Shown in pieces: positions 1-10,204 of a stretch of DNA of 64,000 nt. How positions within the stretch are numbered: the stretch's first letter is position 1; each line of letters starts with the position of its first letter. Where the stretch lies: the IMG/VR virus record IMGVR_UViG_3300005512_000002, positions 129,656-193,655 of that record. One strand, 5' to 3'. The notes beneath the pieces are model-generated. The model was not told the origin of the DNA, did not search any database, and worked only from the letters and a program-made list of their open reading frames with translations. This DNA is from a virus (taxonomy: Duplodnaviria > Heunggongvirae > Uroviricota > Caudoviricetes). A program made the translations under genes and the position numbers.

Positions 1-1329
1 CCCGCCGAAGACGGCGGTGGTCAGCACGTAGTAGCGAAGCTCGCCCCAGTCGGAGGTGGCGGTCGGAAAACTGAGGCTCTGGGCATTCTCGATGGCACCG
101 GTGGTCTGGTTGTAGCTCCACCAGTGGCTGCCGGTGCCGATCGGGATGCGGCGGTAGTCCGCCTGGTACCGTTCGGCCAGTTCGTTGGCCTCCGCCGTGC
201 GCCCGGGGGCACTGTTGGTCACGGCCAGGGACAGGTTACCCATGTGGCCGGTTTCGAGCATGCGCAGGATGAACTGGCCCAGCATCCGCCGCCAGCTATT
301 GGACAGGGCCAGGGTCTCGGGGTAGCGGAATCGCCAGGTGCCATTGGCCGGCAAGGTCAGGACCTGCCCCGCCCCGACGGTGATCGGCAGGTCCTGCAAG
401 GCGTACTTGTAGACATTGCCCCCGGAAGGTGAATCGCAGAGCACCAGGTAGGGCAAGGTGCCCCACGACTCGGTGGAGGCTGGCCAGACCAGGTCCTGGA
501 CATTGACCGCCTCGCCCAGGGTGTTGAGCGTCCAGGTGTCGGCGGTGACCATGACCCGTTCGTAGGCCGGGTCTGCAGGCTCGGAAAGCGTCGAGCCGTC
601 CAGGTTGTCCAGGGGTTTGTCGTAGGCCAGGGCCACATAGAGGGCGCTAAGAGGGGTGAAGTCGGTCAGGCCGAACACGTGCTTGAGAAGTTTCTCGCAC
701 AGGTACAGGTGGTCGCCGCTTGATTCGACGCCGACCAGGTGGCCATAGAGGCTGGCCATCGCCAGGCCCCGGGCCGCGAAGCTCTTGCTCACCGCCGCCT
801 GGCCGTAGCTTTGGGCCTGGGCGGTGGCTGTGGCGGCCAGGTCGCCGGCGGTACCCACGGTCGGACAGGCATTGTAAGTGCGCCAGGGGTTCGAGCCGGG
901 TGCTGGGGTACCGAAGTTCGAGCCCCAGTAGATCCCGTCGCAACCGTCCACCCCGTTGCTCAACGCCACCCCGTTCTGCCAGCCGTCGTTGCCGCCGTAG
1001 GCGAAGTCATAGCCCTGGTCGGGCACCAGCATGACCCAGTCGTGGTAGGCGACTCCGACAGGGTTGTACCGGAAGATTTCCGGGTAGTAGCCGTTGCTGG
1101 GCTCGCCATTGACGGTCCAGCCCTCGGAGCACCCTGGCCCGGTCTGTGGTGGGCTTGAATCAGGGTAATAGCCCCCCCACGCCCCGCCGTTGTAAGGGGT
1201 GTATTCCAGGATGGTATCGCGCCACTGCTGGGCGGTCATGCTCCACCAGTGCACGCGGTAGCGACTGGGGTATGGGTAGTCCACCACCAGGGACCGGGGC
1301 TCGATCAGCGTCACGTTGCAGCAGGACAT
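1..1329 (-). CDS. tail fibre/virion protein, 3' end outside the window; missing from the ORF track
   Basis: Manual translation from ATG 1329 (MSCCNVTLIEP...) stays open to base 1. It has two copies of the domain seen in the next gene (LLKHVFG...ALYVALAYD...EPADPAYERV...WGTLPYLVLCDSPSGGNV). Confidence 0.75.
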   Translation of the reverse strand, partial: MSCCNVTLIEPRSLVVDYPYPSRYRVHWWSMTAQQWRDTILEYTPYNGGAWGGYYPDSSPPQTGPGCSEGWTVNGEPSNGYYPEIFRYNPVGVAYHDWVMLVPDQGYDFAYGGNDGWQNGVALSNGVDGCDGIYWGSNFGTPAPGSNPWRTYNACPTVGTAGDLAATATAQAQSYGQAAVSKSFAARGLAMASLYGHLVGVESSGDHLYLCEKLLKHVFGLTDFTPLSALYVALAYDKPLDNLDGSTLSEPADPAYERVMVTADTWTLNTLGEAVNVQDLVWPASTESWGTLPYLVLCDSPSGGNVYKYALQDLPITVGAGQVLTLPANGTWRFRYPETLALSNSWRRMLGQFILRMLETGHMGNLSLAVTNSAPGRTAEANELAERYQADYRRIPIGTGSHWWSYNQTTGAIENAQSLSFPTATSDWGELRYYVLTTAVFGG

Positions 1330-1374
1330 GCCAGGTTCCTGGTCCGGGGGGCCCGGGGGCCCGGGGTTCGAGGG

Positions 1375-2634
1375 TCAGGTGGTGGTGAATCGCAAGTCGC
1401 TGACGGTGGGTGCGTCGCCGGCGTCCACCGACTTGGGATTGAACATGGGTGCCCACAGAACCAGATTGCCACCCGACACGGCGTCGCACAGGGCCAGGTG
1501 GGTCAGATCCGAGCCGGCGGCCCAATTCTCCGTGGCGTCGGCGAAGGTCTTATCGTTGGCAAGCTGGGTCTCACCGGCGACGGCGGCCGACCAGTCCGCC
1601 GCCTGGATGTTCAGGCGGGCGTACCCCCCTTCCGTCGGCTCGACGATGGTGGAGCCGGTACTGGTGCGTGTGGGGGCCGTGCTGCACAGGGCCAGGTAGA
1701 GGCTGGGCGGCGTGGTAATCTGGGTCTTGCCGAAGCAGTGGTTCAGCAGCCGTCCTCGGAAGTGGTCGCTCAGGCCCGCCGCTTCGGTGAAGGCGAAGGC
1801 CAGATCGCCGGCGGCAAAGACTGCCGTGACCCCGTTGGCCACATTCTGGGGCGTGTCCAGCAGACCGTACCACAGCAGGTTGCCCCCGGAACTGGCATCA
1901 CACACGGCCAGGCCGATGATGTCGCCCCAATCGCCACCGGAGGCGGTGGGGAACGTGAGGTCGGCGGCATTGACGCTCTGGCCGTTGGCGGCGACCGCCA
2001 TGTTGGCCGGCAGGATCTGGACCCGGGCGTAGGCGTTGCCCACGGGCTCGACGAGGGTGGAGCCGTCGTCGGCGTCGTCGGCGGCGGCGGTCAGCAGGCA
2101 CAGGTAATTCGAGCCCGGCCAGCTTGCCGGCCAGGTCCCCTTGCCGAACACGTGGTCCATGAGGCTGGTGGCCAGGTGGCTGCTCATGGCCCCGACGCTG
2201 ATGTTACCCGGTCCGCCGCCGGCCCCCAGGTCCCCCACCGCGACCACTTCCTTGACAGCCAGGGTGCTCATGCCGATCTGGGGTGTCAGCACCAGGGTGT
2301 AGACCGTGTCCCCGACGGTATTGACGAAGTTGTAAGCGGTGGGCACGTAATCGGGAGCGAAGCTGGTCAGGAGCACCCCGTCGGTGTCCGGGTCGCCCCG
2401 GTACACGTCGATGCGGCCGGGCTTGTACTGGTGGCCGGTCTGGGCATAGCCGCCGGCGGTCTGGATCTGGGTCAGGACCACGGCACTGGCGAAGGTGAGC
2501 GTGAGTTTCACGGGCCCGGCCAGGTTCTGCCACTGGGTCCCGGTGGTGAAGTCGCTGTCGTTGATGTTGGCCAGCACCCGGCCGCTGTAGTAGTCGTTGG
2601 CATCGGCGGTGGGCGTGTAGCTTTGGGGTTCCAT
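1375..2634 (-). CDS. phage tail fibre-like protein with two tandem 'LYLALC..P..EP..GYAR..WG...LCDA.SGGNL' domains
   Basis: The internal domain duplication is visible in the translation, and the motif is typical of proteins annotated as phage tail fibre. Start chosen at MEPQSY after AGGGAA. Confidence 0.7.
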   Translation of the reverse strand: MEPQSYTPTADANDYYSGRVLANINDSDFTTGTQWQNLAGPVKLTLTFASAVVLTQIQTAGGYAQTGHQYKPGRIDVYRGDPDTDGVLLTSFAPDYVPTAYNFVNTVGDTVYTLVLTPQIGMSTLAVKEVVAVGDLGAGGGPGNISVGAMSSHLATSLMDHVFGKGTWPASWPGSNYLCLLTAAADDADDGSTLVEPVGNAYARVQILPANMAVAANGQSVNAADLTFPTASGGDWGDIIGLAVCDASSGGNLLWYGLLDTPQNVANGVTAVFAAGDLAFAFTEAAGLSDHFRGRLLNHCFGKTQITTPPSLYLALCSTAPTRTSTGSTIVEPTEGGYARLNIQAADWSAAVAGETQLANDKTFADATENWAAGSDLTHLALCDAVSGGNLVLWAPMFNPKSVDAGDAPTVSDLRFTTT

Positions 2635-2719
2635 TTCCCTTGGTCCTGTTGCCTGGGTTGCACACAAGGCGAGTTGTCATTGTACCGACAACCGTCTGGG
2701 CTTACCATACCCTTACACG

Positions 2720-2752
2720 AAAAAAAGGCGTGGACTGTGAAGTCCACGCCTT
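2720..2752 (-). terminator. Rho-independent terminator after the major capsid gene
   Basis: On the minus strand: GGCGTGGACT-TCAC-AGTCCACGCC followed by T7. Confidence 0.85.
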
Positions 2753-2804
2753 GGCGTGTCCGATTGTGCCGCTTGGGTTGCCCGGGTCATCTTCTTCCAG
2801 GGGG

Positions 2805-3728
2805 TCAGAAGATGATCTCGATCAGACCCAGGGAGTCGAGCACCGCGAAGCCCAGCCGCTCGCGGCCGTGGATGCCGATCTTGTGCTCAAGCTGAGCGAT
2901 CGGGTTGTCGCGGGTGCGCAGCGGGGTGCGGATGGGCATGACGCCGTACGTGAAGCCCTGCTTCTGCGTGAAGGCGTAGCCCCGGGTGTCGCCGACCAGG
3001 TCGCTGTTGTACACCTTGTGCACGCGGATCTCGGCCTCCGACGAGCGGCCCTGGCCGCCGTTCCAGATGGCCTGCCGCATCGCCTCGGGCAGGGCCGTCA
3101 TGGTGACCTGGTTGCGCAGGTCGCCGTAGCGGCGCGGCGAGACGAAGATGTCGGTCACCCGGCGTCCGCCCACACCGATCTCGTCGGCGGTGGTGATCGC
3201 CTCGTTGAGGGTGTAGATGTTCAGCAGGCCGGTGCCGTCGCCCTTCTCGGTGCCGTCGGCGGCGTAGCCGTTGATCTGCTGGGTGGTGTCCAGGGTGGCC
3301 GCGTGGGCCTTGATCAGGGCCCAGCCGGCGGCCTCCTCCTGGGCGATGAACTTGTTCTTGAGCAGTTCGGTGGCCCGCTGGGCGACCTGGAAGCGGCCAT
3401 CCTCGGCCACGTCTTCCTGGTACTCGACACCGCCGTCGAGGCCGTGGGTGTCCACGAACATCTCGGCGCCTTCCAGTTGCACGAACGGCACGCCGCCGAT
3501 CTGGGGCATCAGGAAGACACAGTCGATGTCCTCGAAGGGGATGTCGTAGCGAGCCTGGGCGCCGGGCCCCAGGTTCTCGACCTGGAAGATGGCCCGCACG
3601 GTGGATTGCTCATCCAGCAGCGGCAGGATCACGTCGGCGCGGCTGGCAGCGAACTCGGCCCGGGCGCGGGGGTCGGTGGCGGTGCGCCGGAACCACTCAC
3701 GCTTCTGTTGGATCGTCATCTCGGGCAT
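2805..3728 (-). CDS. major capsid protein (HK97 fold, inferred)
   Basis: 307 aa, lies after the scaffold and decoration genes and before a strong terminator. The C-terminus IGIHGRERLGFAVLD is typical of HK97-fold capsids. Confidence 0.8.
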   Translation of the reverse strand: MPEMTIQQKREWFRRTATDPRARAEFAASRADVILPLLDEQSTVRAIFQVENLGPGAQARYDIPFEDIDCVFLMPQIGGVPFVQLEGAEMFVDTHGLDGGVEYQEDVAEDGRFQVAQRATELLKNKFIAQEEAAGWALIKAHAATLDTTQQINGYAADGTEKGDGTGLLNIYTLNEAITTADEIGVGGRRVTDIFVSPRRYGDLRNQVTMTALPEAMRQAIWNGGQGRSSEAEIRVHKVYNSDLVGDTRGYAFTQKQGFTYGVMPIRTPLRTRDNPIAQLEHKIGIHGRERLGFAVLDSLGLIEIIF

Positions 3729-3803
3729 TGCTCAATCTCCTCTCGCGGCTCACCGAAACACGCTGGTTCCGGGGTAAGTCAGGGCGTCAGGCGGACGGCC
3801 GGT

Positions 3804-4355
3804 TTACAGGCCGTTGGTGCTGTTGAACGGGAAGTCGAACCGCACGCGGATCTCGGTGCCGCTGCCGCCGGTCTCGGCCCACACGGGCACGTAGTCGCCT
3901 TCCGCGACCCCGGCGTAGTCCACGTCCACCAGCTTGCCCGAGGGGCCCACGGCCATCTGCTTGCCGCTGGTGACGGTGCCGTCGAAGTTCCGCAGCAGCC
4001 CCCAGCCCGTGCCGGTCAGCACGCCGATGGGCATGCCGTCCAGGCGCTGGCTGGTGTCATTGGCGAAGTGGAAGCCGGCCAGTTGGGCCAGTTGCCCGCT
4101 GCTGGCTTCCTCGTAGGTAAGCTGCATGGCCAGGCCGATGACCTTGGCACCCTCGCTGGCGCCCATGGTCGGTGCTTCGACTTCGTAGTTGTCGTAGCAC
4201 TTGGTGTTGCCGGCGGTGTTCTTGAGCATCACCGGCGCGCCTTCGACCATCACGGCGCTGGTGAAGAAGAACGGGCAGCGAAGGCCGCCAAACAGAGCGT
4301 GCAGGCCCTTGCTCTTGCGCGATGCGGGGTTGTACGAAGGAGTGAACTGGCTCAT
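3804..4355 (-). CDS. head decoration/capsid-associated protein
   Basis: Sits between scaffold and capsid genes, has an AGGAG RBS, and is beta-rich (183 aa). Confidence 0.55.
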   Translation of the reverse strand: MSQFTPSYNPASRKSKGLHALFGGLRCPFFFTSAVMVEGAPVMLKNTAGNTKCYDNYEVEAPTMGASEGAKVIGLAMQLTYEEASSGQLAQLAGFHFANDTSQRLDGMPIGVLTGTGWGLLRNFDGTVTSGKQMAVGPSGKLVDVDYAGVAEGDYVPVWAETGGSGTEIRVRFDFPFNSTNGL

Positions 4356-4422
4356 CGTGTTTCTCCTGGCTCCTCAACAAAGCCGGGTGGGCTTGTTCGT
4401 GCTCTGTCTGTTACTTGCCGGG

Positions 4423-5211
4423 TCAGTCGCCGCAGCCGAAGTTGTCGGCCCAGGTCTTCACGCCCTCGCTGGTGACCTTGGCCCCACCGGCCAGCAGGCT
4501 GGCGGTGGCCAGGGCGATGTCGTGGCCGCCCTCGGTGGCCGGATCGGACGGGGGTGCGTCGTCGTCGAGTTCGTCGTCCGCCCCGTCGCCAGCGGTCGCC
4601 TGGGTCTCGGCGGCGGGCGTCTGCGGCTTGCCGCCAGCAGGCTGTCCGCCCTGGCCTTCGGGCTTGCCAGCACCCTTGCCGGCGGTGTAGGCGTCGGTCA
4701 GGTCGCTGATCATCTGGTTCAGGGCGTCGTCGGAATGGGTCAACGCGCCGTCATCGCCGGCGGCCTGGGCACGCTGCTTGAGCGTTTCCTTGACCTTGTC
4801 CGGCAGTTCGGCGGTCTCGATGCGATTGAGGCGGTCGGCGACCGTCTTCTGGCGGCTGATCTGGGTCAACTGGGTCTGGGCCTCGGCCAGCCGCTTGTTG
4901 GCCGCGACCAGTTCGCCGTCCTTGTCCTGCAGGGTCTTGGCCTTCTCGCCGGCGTCGGCCAGGGCCGCGTCGCGCTCCTCGGTGAGCGTGGCCACGGTCT
5001 GCTTCAGGCCGTCGCGCTCCCGGGCGAGCAGGGCCACCTGGTGCTCGGCTTCCGCCTTGCCGGCGGTCAGCGTCTGCACGCTCTTGGCGATGGCCGCTTC
5101 GCGGTTCTCGTCGGATCTGATCCGCTGCAGTTCGGCCTGCACGGCGGCGTGAATCTGTTCGTCGGTCGGAGGCGTGGGAGCCTGCGGGCTGTCGGGTGTG
5201 GCCTGGGGCAT
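4423..5211 (-). CDS. capsid scaffolding protein
   Basis: Long Ala/Glu/Gln/Lys coiled coil upstream of the capsid genes; GAGGAG RBS before MPQATPDS. Confidence 0.65.
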   Translation of the reverse strand: MPQATPDSPQAPTPPTDEQIHAAVQAELQRIRSDENREAAIAKSVQTLTAGKAEAEHQVALLARERDGLKQTVATLTEERDAALADAGEKAKTLQDKDGELVAANKRLAEAQTQLTQISRQKTVADRLNRIETAELPDKVKETLKQRAQAAGDDGALTHSDDALNQMISDLTDAYTAGKGAGKPEGQGGQPAGGKPQTPAAETQATAGDGADDELDDDAPPSDPATEGGHDIALATASLLAGGAKVTSEGVKTWADNFGCGD

Positions 5212-5312
5212 CTGACTCTCCTCGCTTTGGGCTGCTTGGCGGAACACGATCTGCCCAAGGACAGGGCTGCTGAGGCCTCGATCCACCGAGGGGGCAACTT
5301 GTTCGTTGGTGC

Positions 5313-6314
5313 TCACTGCACGCTCCACTCAAGTTGTCCACTCATCAGGGCGTAGGCTGCCGTCAATCGCTCGTGCTCCGCCGACAGCGCGCTTTTCTTC
5401 TGCTCATCTGTTTCTACTGCCCAGCGCTCATGGATTTCACGATGGCGAACTTCGAGAACTTGAAGAATTGCACCTTCGGACCCGATCGAGGCGGCCGCTT
5501 TGAGGGTGTTGGGAACCACAAAACGAGACAGTGGATTGGCCGGATTCTCGGTCGAGGCACAACCGCCATAGAGGAAATCGTTGGACCGCCGGTAGATGGG
5601 CCGCCCCCCTATCGTCTGGTGCATGGCCCACTTATGAAAAGTTCCATCGGTTTCGGCCGTGGCCCGGGCCACAGCCTGGAACCCCTCGCCGTCGGGTTGG
5701 GGCACAAGAAAATCCCAGTCGGCGATCCAGCGCTCCATACTGACCGCCATGGAGCCTCTGGCAATGGCTTCGGTGACCGCACTGACCGTCTTGGGGAAAA
5801 GAAAACTGTAAAGGGCAGCCCAGGTGGTGACGGCCAGCTTCTGGTCGTCCGGGCGTCCGGGGTCGTCGGCCAGGTCCAGTTCGGCGACCTGCGAATCGCT
5901 GAGCACGCTGCCATCGGCCCAGCACAGGGCCGCGTGGGTCATCACCCCGTAGATGGTGTTGACCACCGGCGGGCAGCGCTTGTCCATGCCCACCATCGAG
6001 CCGTTTTCCTGGACCACGTGCTCCATGTCGAAGGGCTTGTACAGGGCGGTGGCGAAATGGCGGGCCAGGGCCGGGCGGGGCATGTAGTCCCAGTTGGCGT
6101 TGGCCCCCTCGGTATCGAGGATCAACTGCACCCAGGTCAGGTCCGGGTTCTCACTGCGGGGCATGGCCAGTTGGCCGGCCTGGCTCTGGTAAGCGGCCAT
6201 AGCCTGCGGCGGCATGGTGGCCGGGTCCGCCAGGCGCACCGACGCGGTGATGGGCACCCGCAGGTAGCGGTGCCCACCCAGTTGGATCTCGCGGTGCGAC
6301 TGGGGATCACTCAT
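5313..6314 (-). CDS. prohead protease-like protein
   Basis: Motifs NANWDY, KPFDMEH and VSMERW plus its position upstream of the scaffold gene; ATGA overlap with the previous gene. Confidence 0.55.
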   Translation of the reverse strand: MSDPQSHREIQLGGHRYLRVPITASVRLADPATMPPQAMAAYQSQAGQLAMPRSENPDLTWVQLILDTEGANANWDYMPRPALARHFATALYKPFDMEHVVQENGSMVGMDKRCPPVVNTIYGVMTHAALCWADGSVLSDSQVAELDLADDPGRPDDQKLAVTTWAALYSFLFPKTVSAVTEAIARGSMAVSMERWIADWDFLVPQPDGEGFQAVARATAETDGTFHKWAMHQTIGGRPIYRRSNDFLYGGCASTENPANPLSRFVVPNTLKAAASIGSEGAILQVLEVRHREIHERWAVETDEQKKSALSAEHERLTAAYALMSGQLEWSVQ

Positions 6315-6850
6315 GTCAGGTGGCTCATGGCGGCCCGCAGGCGATTGGGCGGCACCAGGTCGTCGGGCACCCGTTCCGGCGGCAGGTCCTCGCGGACCAG
6401 TTGCGAGGCCTGGGCCGGTTCCGGCGGCGGCCGCAGATGAAAGGTCTTGACTTCCTGAAGCTCGCCCGGCTTGACGCTGTCCGCCTGGTCGGCGACGGTG
6501 AATCGCAGCCACACGGTCTTGTCGTACTCGTCGTTGTAGAGGCCCAGACTCATGGCACTGACGTTCTTGACCTCTTTGCCGTTGACCTTGAAGACGGTGC
6601 CGGCCACCGTGCCATCGGAGACCAGTTCCACCTTCTCCATGGCCACGGCGGCCTTGGCCTGCTCGGGAAGGGGCGAGGTTTCCGGCGTGGGGGTATCGCT
6701 CATGCTGCTGCCCTTTGCTTTTTTGGTCTTGACTTCGCCGTCGTAGCTCTTGCCGTTCAGCGTGCAGACGTGGCGGTATTGGCCGCCACCGAGGTTCACG
6801 GTGCGCACTTTCCCACCGCCCTTCACACACTGGTTGAAGTCCGCTGGCAC
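6311..6850 (-). CDS. hypothetical phage protein with a basic N-terminal MPADFNQCVKGGGKVRT module
   Basis: AGGAGG RBS and GTG start; translationally coupled to the protease-like gene. Confidence 0.7.
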   Translation of the reverse strand: MPADFNQCVKGGGKVRTVNLGGGQYRHVCTLNGKSYDGEVKTKKAKGSSMSDTPTPETSPLPEQAKAAVAMEKVELVSDGTVAGTVFKVNGKEVKNVSAMSLGLYNDEYDKTVWLRFTVADQADSVKPGELQEVKTFHLRPPPEPAQASQLVREDLPPERVPDDLVPPNRLRAAMSHLT

Positions 6851-6980
6851 TGACGCCCCTCCTAAAGGGAGACAGGCTCATCAGATGCTACTGCTGGAAA
6901 TGGAAAAACTAGGCACCGAACCCCCCGGAAGCCTGGCCCCCGCAAGCGACTCCGAAACCACCCCTCCTGCCCCGGCCTGC

Positions 6981-7961
6981 TCAGTCGCCACCTTCCGGGG
7001 GCAGGTGGCCGTGGTCCTCCAGCCACGCCACCATCGACTTCTCCAGGCCCCGTGGCATCAAGTACCGTCGCAGGATGGCGTTATCGGACATGCCCTGGTC
7101 GGCCAACGCCCGATCGCGGGCCGCCTGCACCACCGCTTCGGGCAGCGCCTTCATCCGGTTGCGCAACAGGGCCATCTCCCGCTGATCCCGCAGGGCCACG
7201 GCTTCGGCGTCGGCGTGAGCCTGCTGTCGCTGCTGCTGGGCCACCTGGCGGCGAAGCTCGGCGGCCTGGTCGGCGGGAGCCGCCTGAAGGGCCGCTTCCA
7301 GGTTTCGCACCAGCAGGCCGATCGGATTGCGGGTGCCCTGCCCCGCCGCTTCCCGCGTCTGACGTGCGACTTTTCGGATCAGTGGGACCGAGATAGCCGG
7401 AGTTTGCGCCAGTTGGCTTCGCTTGGGCTCACCGATTCTCTGCCGGGTCAGTTCGGCAACGACATCATCAGCCGGCTGCTGTTGAGGTTCTTGTTTCCGG
7501 GATCTTGTTTGGGTCCGTCCGGGCGGACGGCTGCAGTCCGTGGCGACGGACGGTGCCGGTCCGTGCTGGCGGACCGGTCCGTGGTCGCGGACCAGTCCGT
7601 CGCGGCGGACGGGTTCCAGCAGTTGGTAGACATTGCAGCCGTAGCGCGGATGGGTACCGATCAGCCCGAGCACCCCCATCGCGTACAAGCCGTTGAGGGC
7701 CTTGAAAACACTGGATCGCACCAGGCCGGTCTCGCGGCGCAAGGTGCTGATCGAGAGGTAGGCCTGAGCTTCGGTGTTGGCGTGCGAAGCCATGACCACC
7801 AGCACGTTGCGTTCGATATCGGACATGGTGGCCCACTGGCCGTCCTCGATCAGGCTTTTGTACAGGCGGAACCACGGAACGGCCCAGGCCCCCTGCCGGC
7901 TGCGCAGTTCCACATCCAGCGGCTCGTCGGATCGGATGGTGGTGGTATGAACCTGGCTCAT
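6981..7961 (-). CDS. helix-turn-helix replication initiator-like protein
   Basis: N-terminal VLVVMASHAN...AYLSISTLRRETGLVRSSVFKALNGL...NVYQL is typical of HTH_36 phage/plasmid Rep proteins; transcribed divergently from parA. Confidence 0.65.
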   Translation of the reverse strand: MSQVHTTTIRSDEPLDVELRSRQGAWAVPWFRLYKSLIEDGQWATMSDIERNVLVVMASHANTEAQAYLSISTLRRETGLVRSSVFKALNGLYAMGVLGLIGTHPRYGCNVYQLLEPVRRDGLVRDHGPVRQHGPAPSVATDCSRPPGRTQTRSRKQEPQQQPADDVVAELTRQRIGEPKRSQLAQTPAISVPLIRKVARQTREAAGQGTRNPIGLLVRNLEAALQAAPADQAAELRRQVAQQQRQQAHADAEAVALRDQREMALLRNRMKALPEAVVQAARDRALADQGMSDNAILRRYLMPRGLEKSMVAWLEDHGHLPPEGGD

Positions 7962-8279
7962 CGGTCATCGCTCCCCTGCCGGCGACTGGCACACCGATCG
8001 CCGGCCGGAAAAAGTACAGTCGCCGTCAGGAGCAAGCCGATGAAGAAGTTGTCACACAGCTTCACTGGGCTCCTGGCGGCCCTGGGTTCTCGAAGGCGGG
8101 TTGTCATGGGCCCGCCTTTTTCTGTGGGCTTGGGGGGTGGGCATGCGGAGGCAAGGGCCCACCCCCCTTTCCAGCCCCATGCGTTGGATCTCCTTTCCAG
8201 TCTGGGCCATCAACGAGCATCGACGCGACAGCGAGAACCGCATTAAATTATTGCGCCTTCACACTTTACTGACTTGTCG

Positions 8280-8695
8280 CGCGATCCACCAGAGCATCTG
8301 CTGTGATGCTCCACGGTCACCGGGAGCCCCTGTCACGGGTGACACCACAGCGGTCCGCCACCAGAGCACAATCCAGCCTCTATCAGTCCGTCACGCTCTG
8401 GTGTCGCGCAGAGCCGTAGAGCCACCAGCACATGGGTCCGGGCTGCGATGTCTCGGGCACCACCGGAAAAACCACATTTCTTTCAAGTCTTCCGCATCCG
8501 ACCGCCGAAACAAGCTCTGATGGAACACGGCTCTGTGCGACATGGCAGCAAGGTCAGGCAGCGGAAAGGTTCCGCAGAGCCGCTGCTGTGGTGTCGCGCG
8601 CAGCACCGGCTCTACGGGCCGTGGCAGCACCAGAGCCGAGGCTGCGATGTCGCGTGTGACACCGCATCCGATGTCGCCGGCGACACCACGACATA
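8280..8695. repeat. degenerate ~8-bp repeat array (CACCAGAGC/CACCACAGC/GCAGAGCC/GCGACACC, both orientations); candidate centromere or iterons
   Basis: Many related short units lie directly upstream of parA, next to an AT-rich patch at ~8242-8272. Confidence 0.55.
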
Positions 8696-8712
8696 ACAGA
8701 AAGGAGATGCAG

Positions 8713-9660
8713 ATGCAGACCCCACTGAAGGACAAGCTGGGAATCGTCATCACGGTCGGCAATCAAAAAGGGGGGGTGGGTAAATCCACGGCGGCGGTGC
8801 ACCTGGCCGCAGGCCTGGGCGAGCGTGGTTTTCTGGTATGCCTGATTGATCTGGACCCCACGGCGGGGGCCTCGACCCACCTGGGTGTCGCCCCCGGCAC
8901 CTGCGGTGGGATTCTGGAGCTTCTGACCAGCCGCGAGTCAGTGCTCAGCACGGTGGTGCGTGACCACATGCCACCCAACGTGCACCTGGTTGCCAGCCGC
9001 AAAGAGATGAGCGACATCGACAGCCGGATTGCCCAGGCCCTGCCCGGCGGCAAGTTTTTGGATCGGGGGGCCATTATGGATCGTGTCCTGACCGAGTGCC
9101 GCAGGGAATACGATTTCACCATTCTGGACACCCCGCCCAACAGCTTTGCCAGTCAGACGATCGCCGCCTACTGCCGCAGCGACTGGCTGATCATCGCCAC
9201 CATGGCCGAGTATCTGGCCAAGAGTGGCACCGTGGAGGCCATCAAGGACCTGAGCGAGGTGCGTGAGGCCTGCAATTCGCCCATCCAGCTTCTGGGCATC
9301 GTCATGACACGGGTCAATCACGCCTCCACGCTGTGGGCGGAAATCGTTGAGGAACTGCGAACCAAGGGATGGGATCGTTACGTCTTCGACAACCGGCTGC
9401 GTCAGGCCAGTCGCTCGATTCAGCGGGCCGTCAAGCAGGGCAAGAGCGTCTTGCAGGTAAAGCTCAGTGACGAGCGAGAGCGGCAGATCGTCGAGGACAT
9501 CCGGGGGTGGGTCAATGAAGTCGTCCTGCGGCTGCGGTGGCGAGAGCAGTTTCTGCGCTTCGCCAGGCACGAGGCGGACGACTTCCCGCCCATTCTGGAG
9601 CCGGTGGTCGTCGGCTCGTCGCAGCCGGCCCCGGTAGAGCAGGAGGTGAGCCATGTCTGA
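8713..9660 (+). CDS. parA: ParA family partition ATPase
   Basis: Deviant Walker A NQKGGVGKST, IDLDP and YDFTILDTPP motifs; AAGGAG RBS. Confidence 0.93.
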   Translation: MQTPLKDKLGIVITVGNQKGGVGKSTAAVHLAAGLGERGFLVCLIDLDPTAGASTHLGVAPGTCGGILELLTSRESVLSTVVRDHMPPNVHLVASRKEMSDIDSRIAQALPGGKFLDRGAIMDRVLTECRREYDFTILDTPPNSFASQTIAAYCRSDWLIIATMAEYLAKSGTVEAIKDLSEVREACNSPIQLLGIVMTRVNHASTLWAEIVEELRTKGWDRYVFDNRLRQASRSIQRAVKQGKSVLQVKLSDERERQIVEDIRGWVNEVVLRLRWREQFLRFARHEADDFPPILEPVVVGSSQPAPVEQEVSHV

Positions 9661-10204
9661 AACCACGGCCAAGAGCATGATGGGTTTGCGTCTGGCACGC
9701 GGGAAGGGCGAATCCCCGAGCCCGGCCATGGCCTCCGTGGACCAGGATTTGCGTGATCTGCATCGCGGTGTTCAGCATCAGGAGCCCGAGCAGCCCGTGC
9801 TCCCCGCAGCCGATGCTGTGCGCGACACCAGAGCACCACAGCGGCCGTCGGTGCCCTGTCCGGCGGCTGGCATCGAGATGCACGACGTACACCTGAAGAT
9901 GAGCGGAGACCTGGCGGCGGAACTCGATCGACTGCTGGCCAGCTATCGGCAGGTCACGCGCAGCCGCATGCAGATCAGCGAGATGGCTCGCTGCATGATC
10001 AGGGCCATGCTGCACGCCGAGTCGGAACTGATGCGGGCTGTCGGCGAACTGGGGCCCTTGCGCAAGCCGAGTCAGAAACGCGATTTTCTGGCCGAGCGTG
10101 AGGCTTTTGAGCAGGTCCTGACCGCCAGCATGGTCCGGGGTCTGCGGGCCACCAGCGAACTGCCGGTCGATCAGGGATCGCTGGATTTACTGAGGCGTGC
10201 CTGA
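9653..10204 (+). CDS. small ParA partner, probable centromere-binding protein (type Ib-like)
   Basis: Overlaps the parA stop and has a GGAGG RBS. The segment VHLKMSGDLAAELDRLL...ISEMARCMIRAML resembles a ribbon-helix-helix. Confidence 0.55.
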   Translation: MSETTAKSMMGLRLARGKGESPSPAMASVDQDLRDLHRGVQHQEPEQPVLPAADAVRDTRAPQRPSVPCPAAGIEMHDVHLKMSGDLAAELDRLLASYRQVTRSRMQISEMARCMIRAMLHAESELMRAVGELGPLRKPSQKRDFLAEREAFEQVLTASMVRGLRATSELPVDQGSLDLLRRA

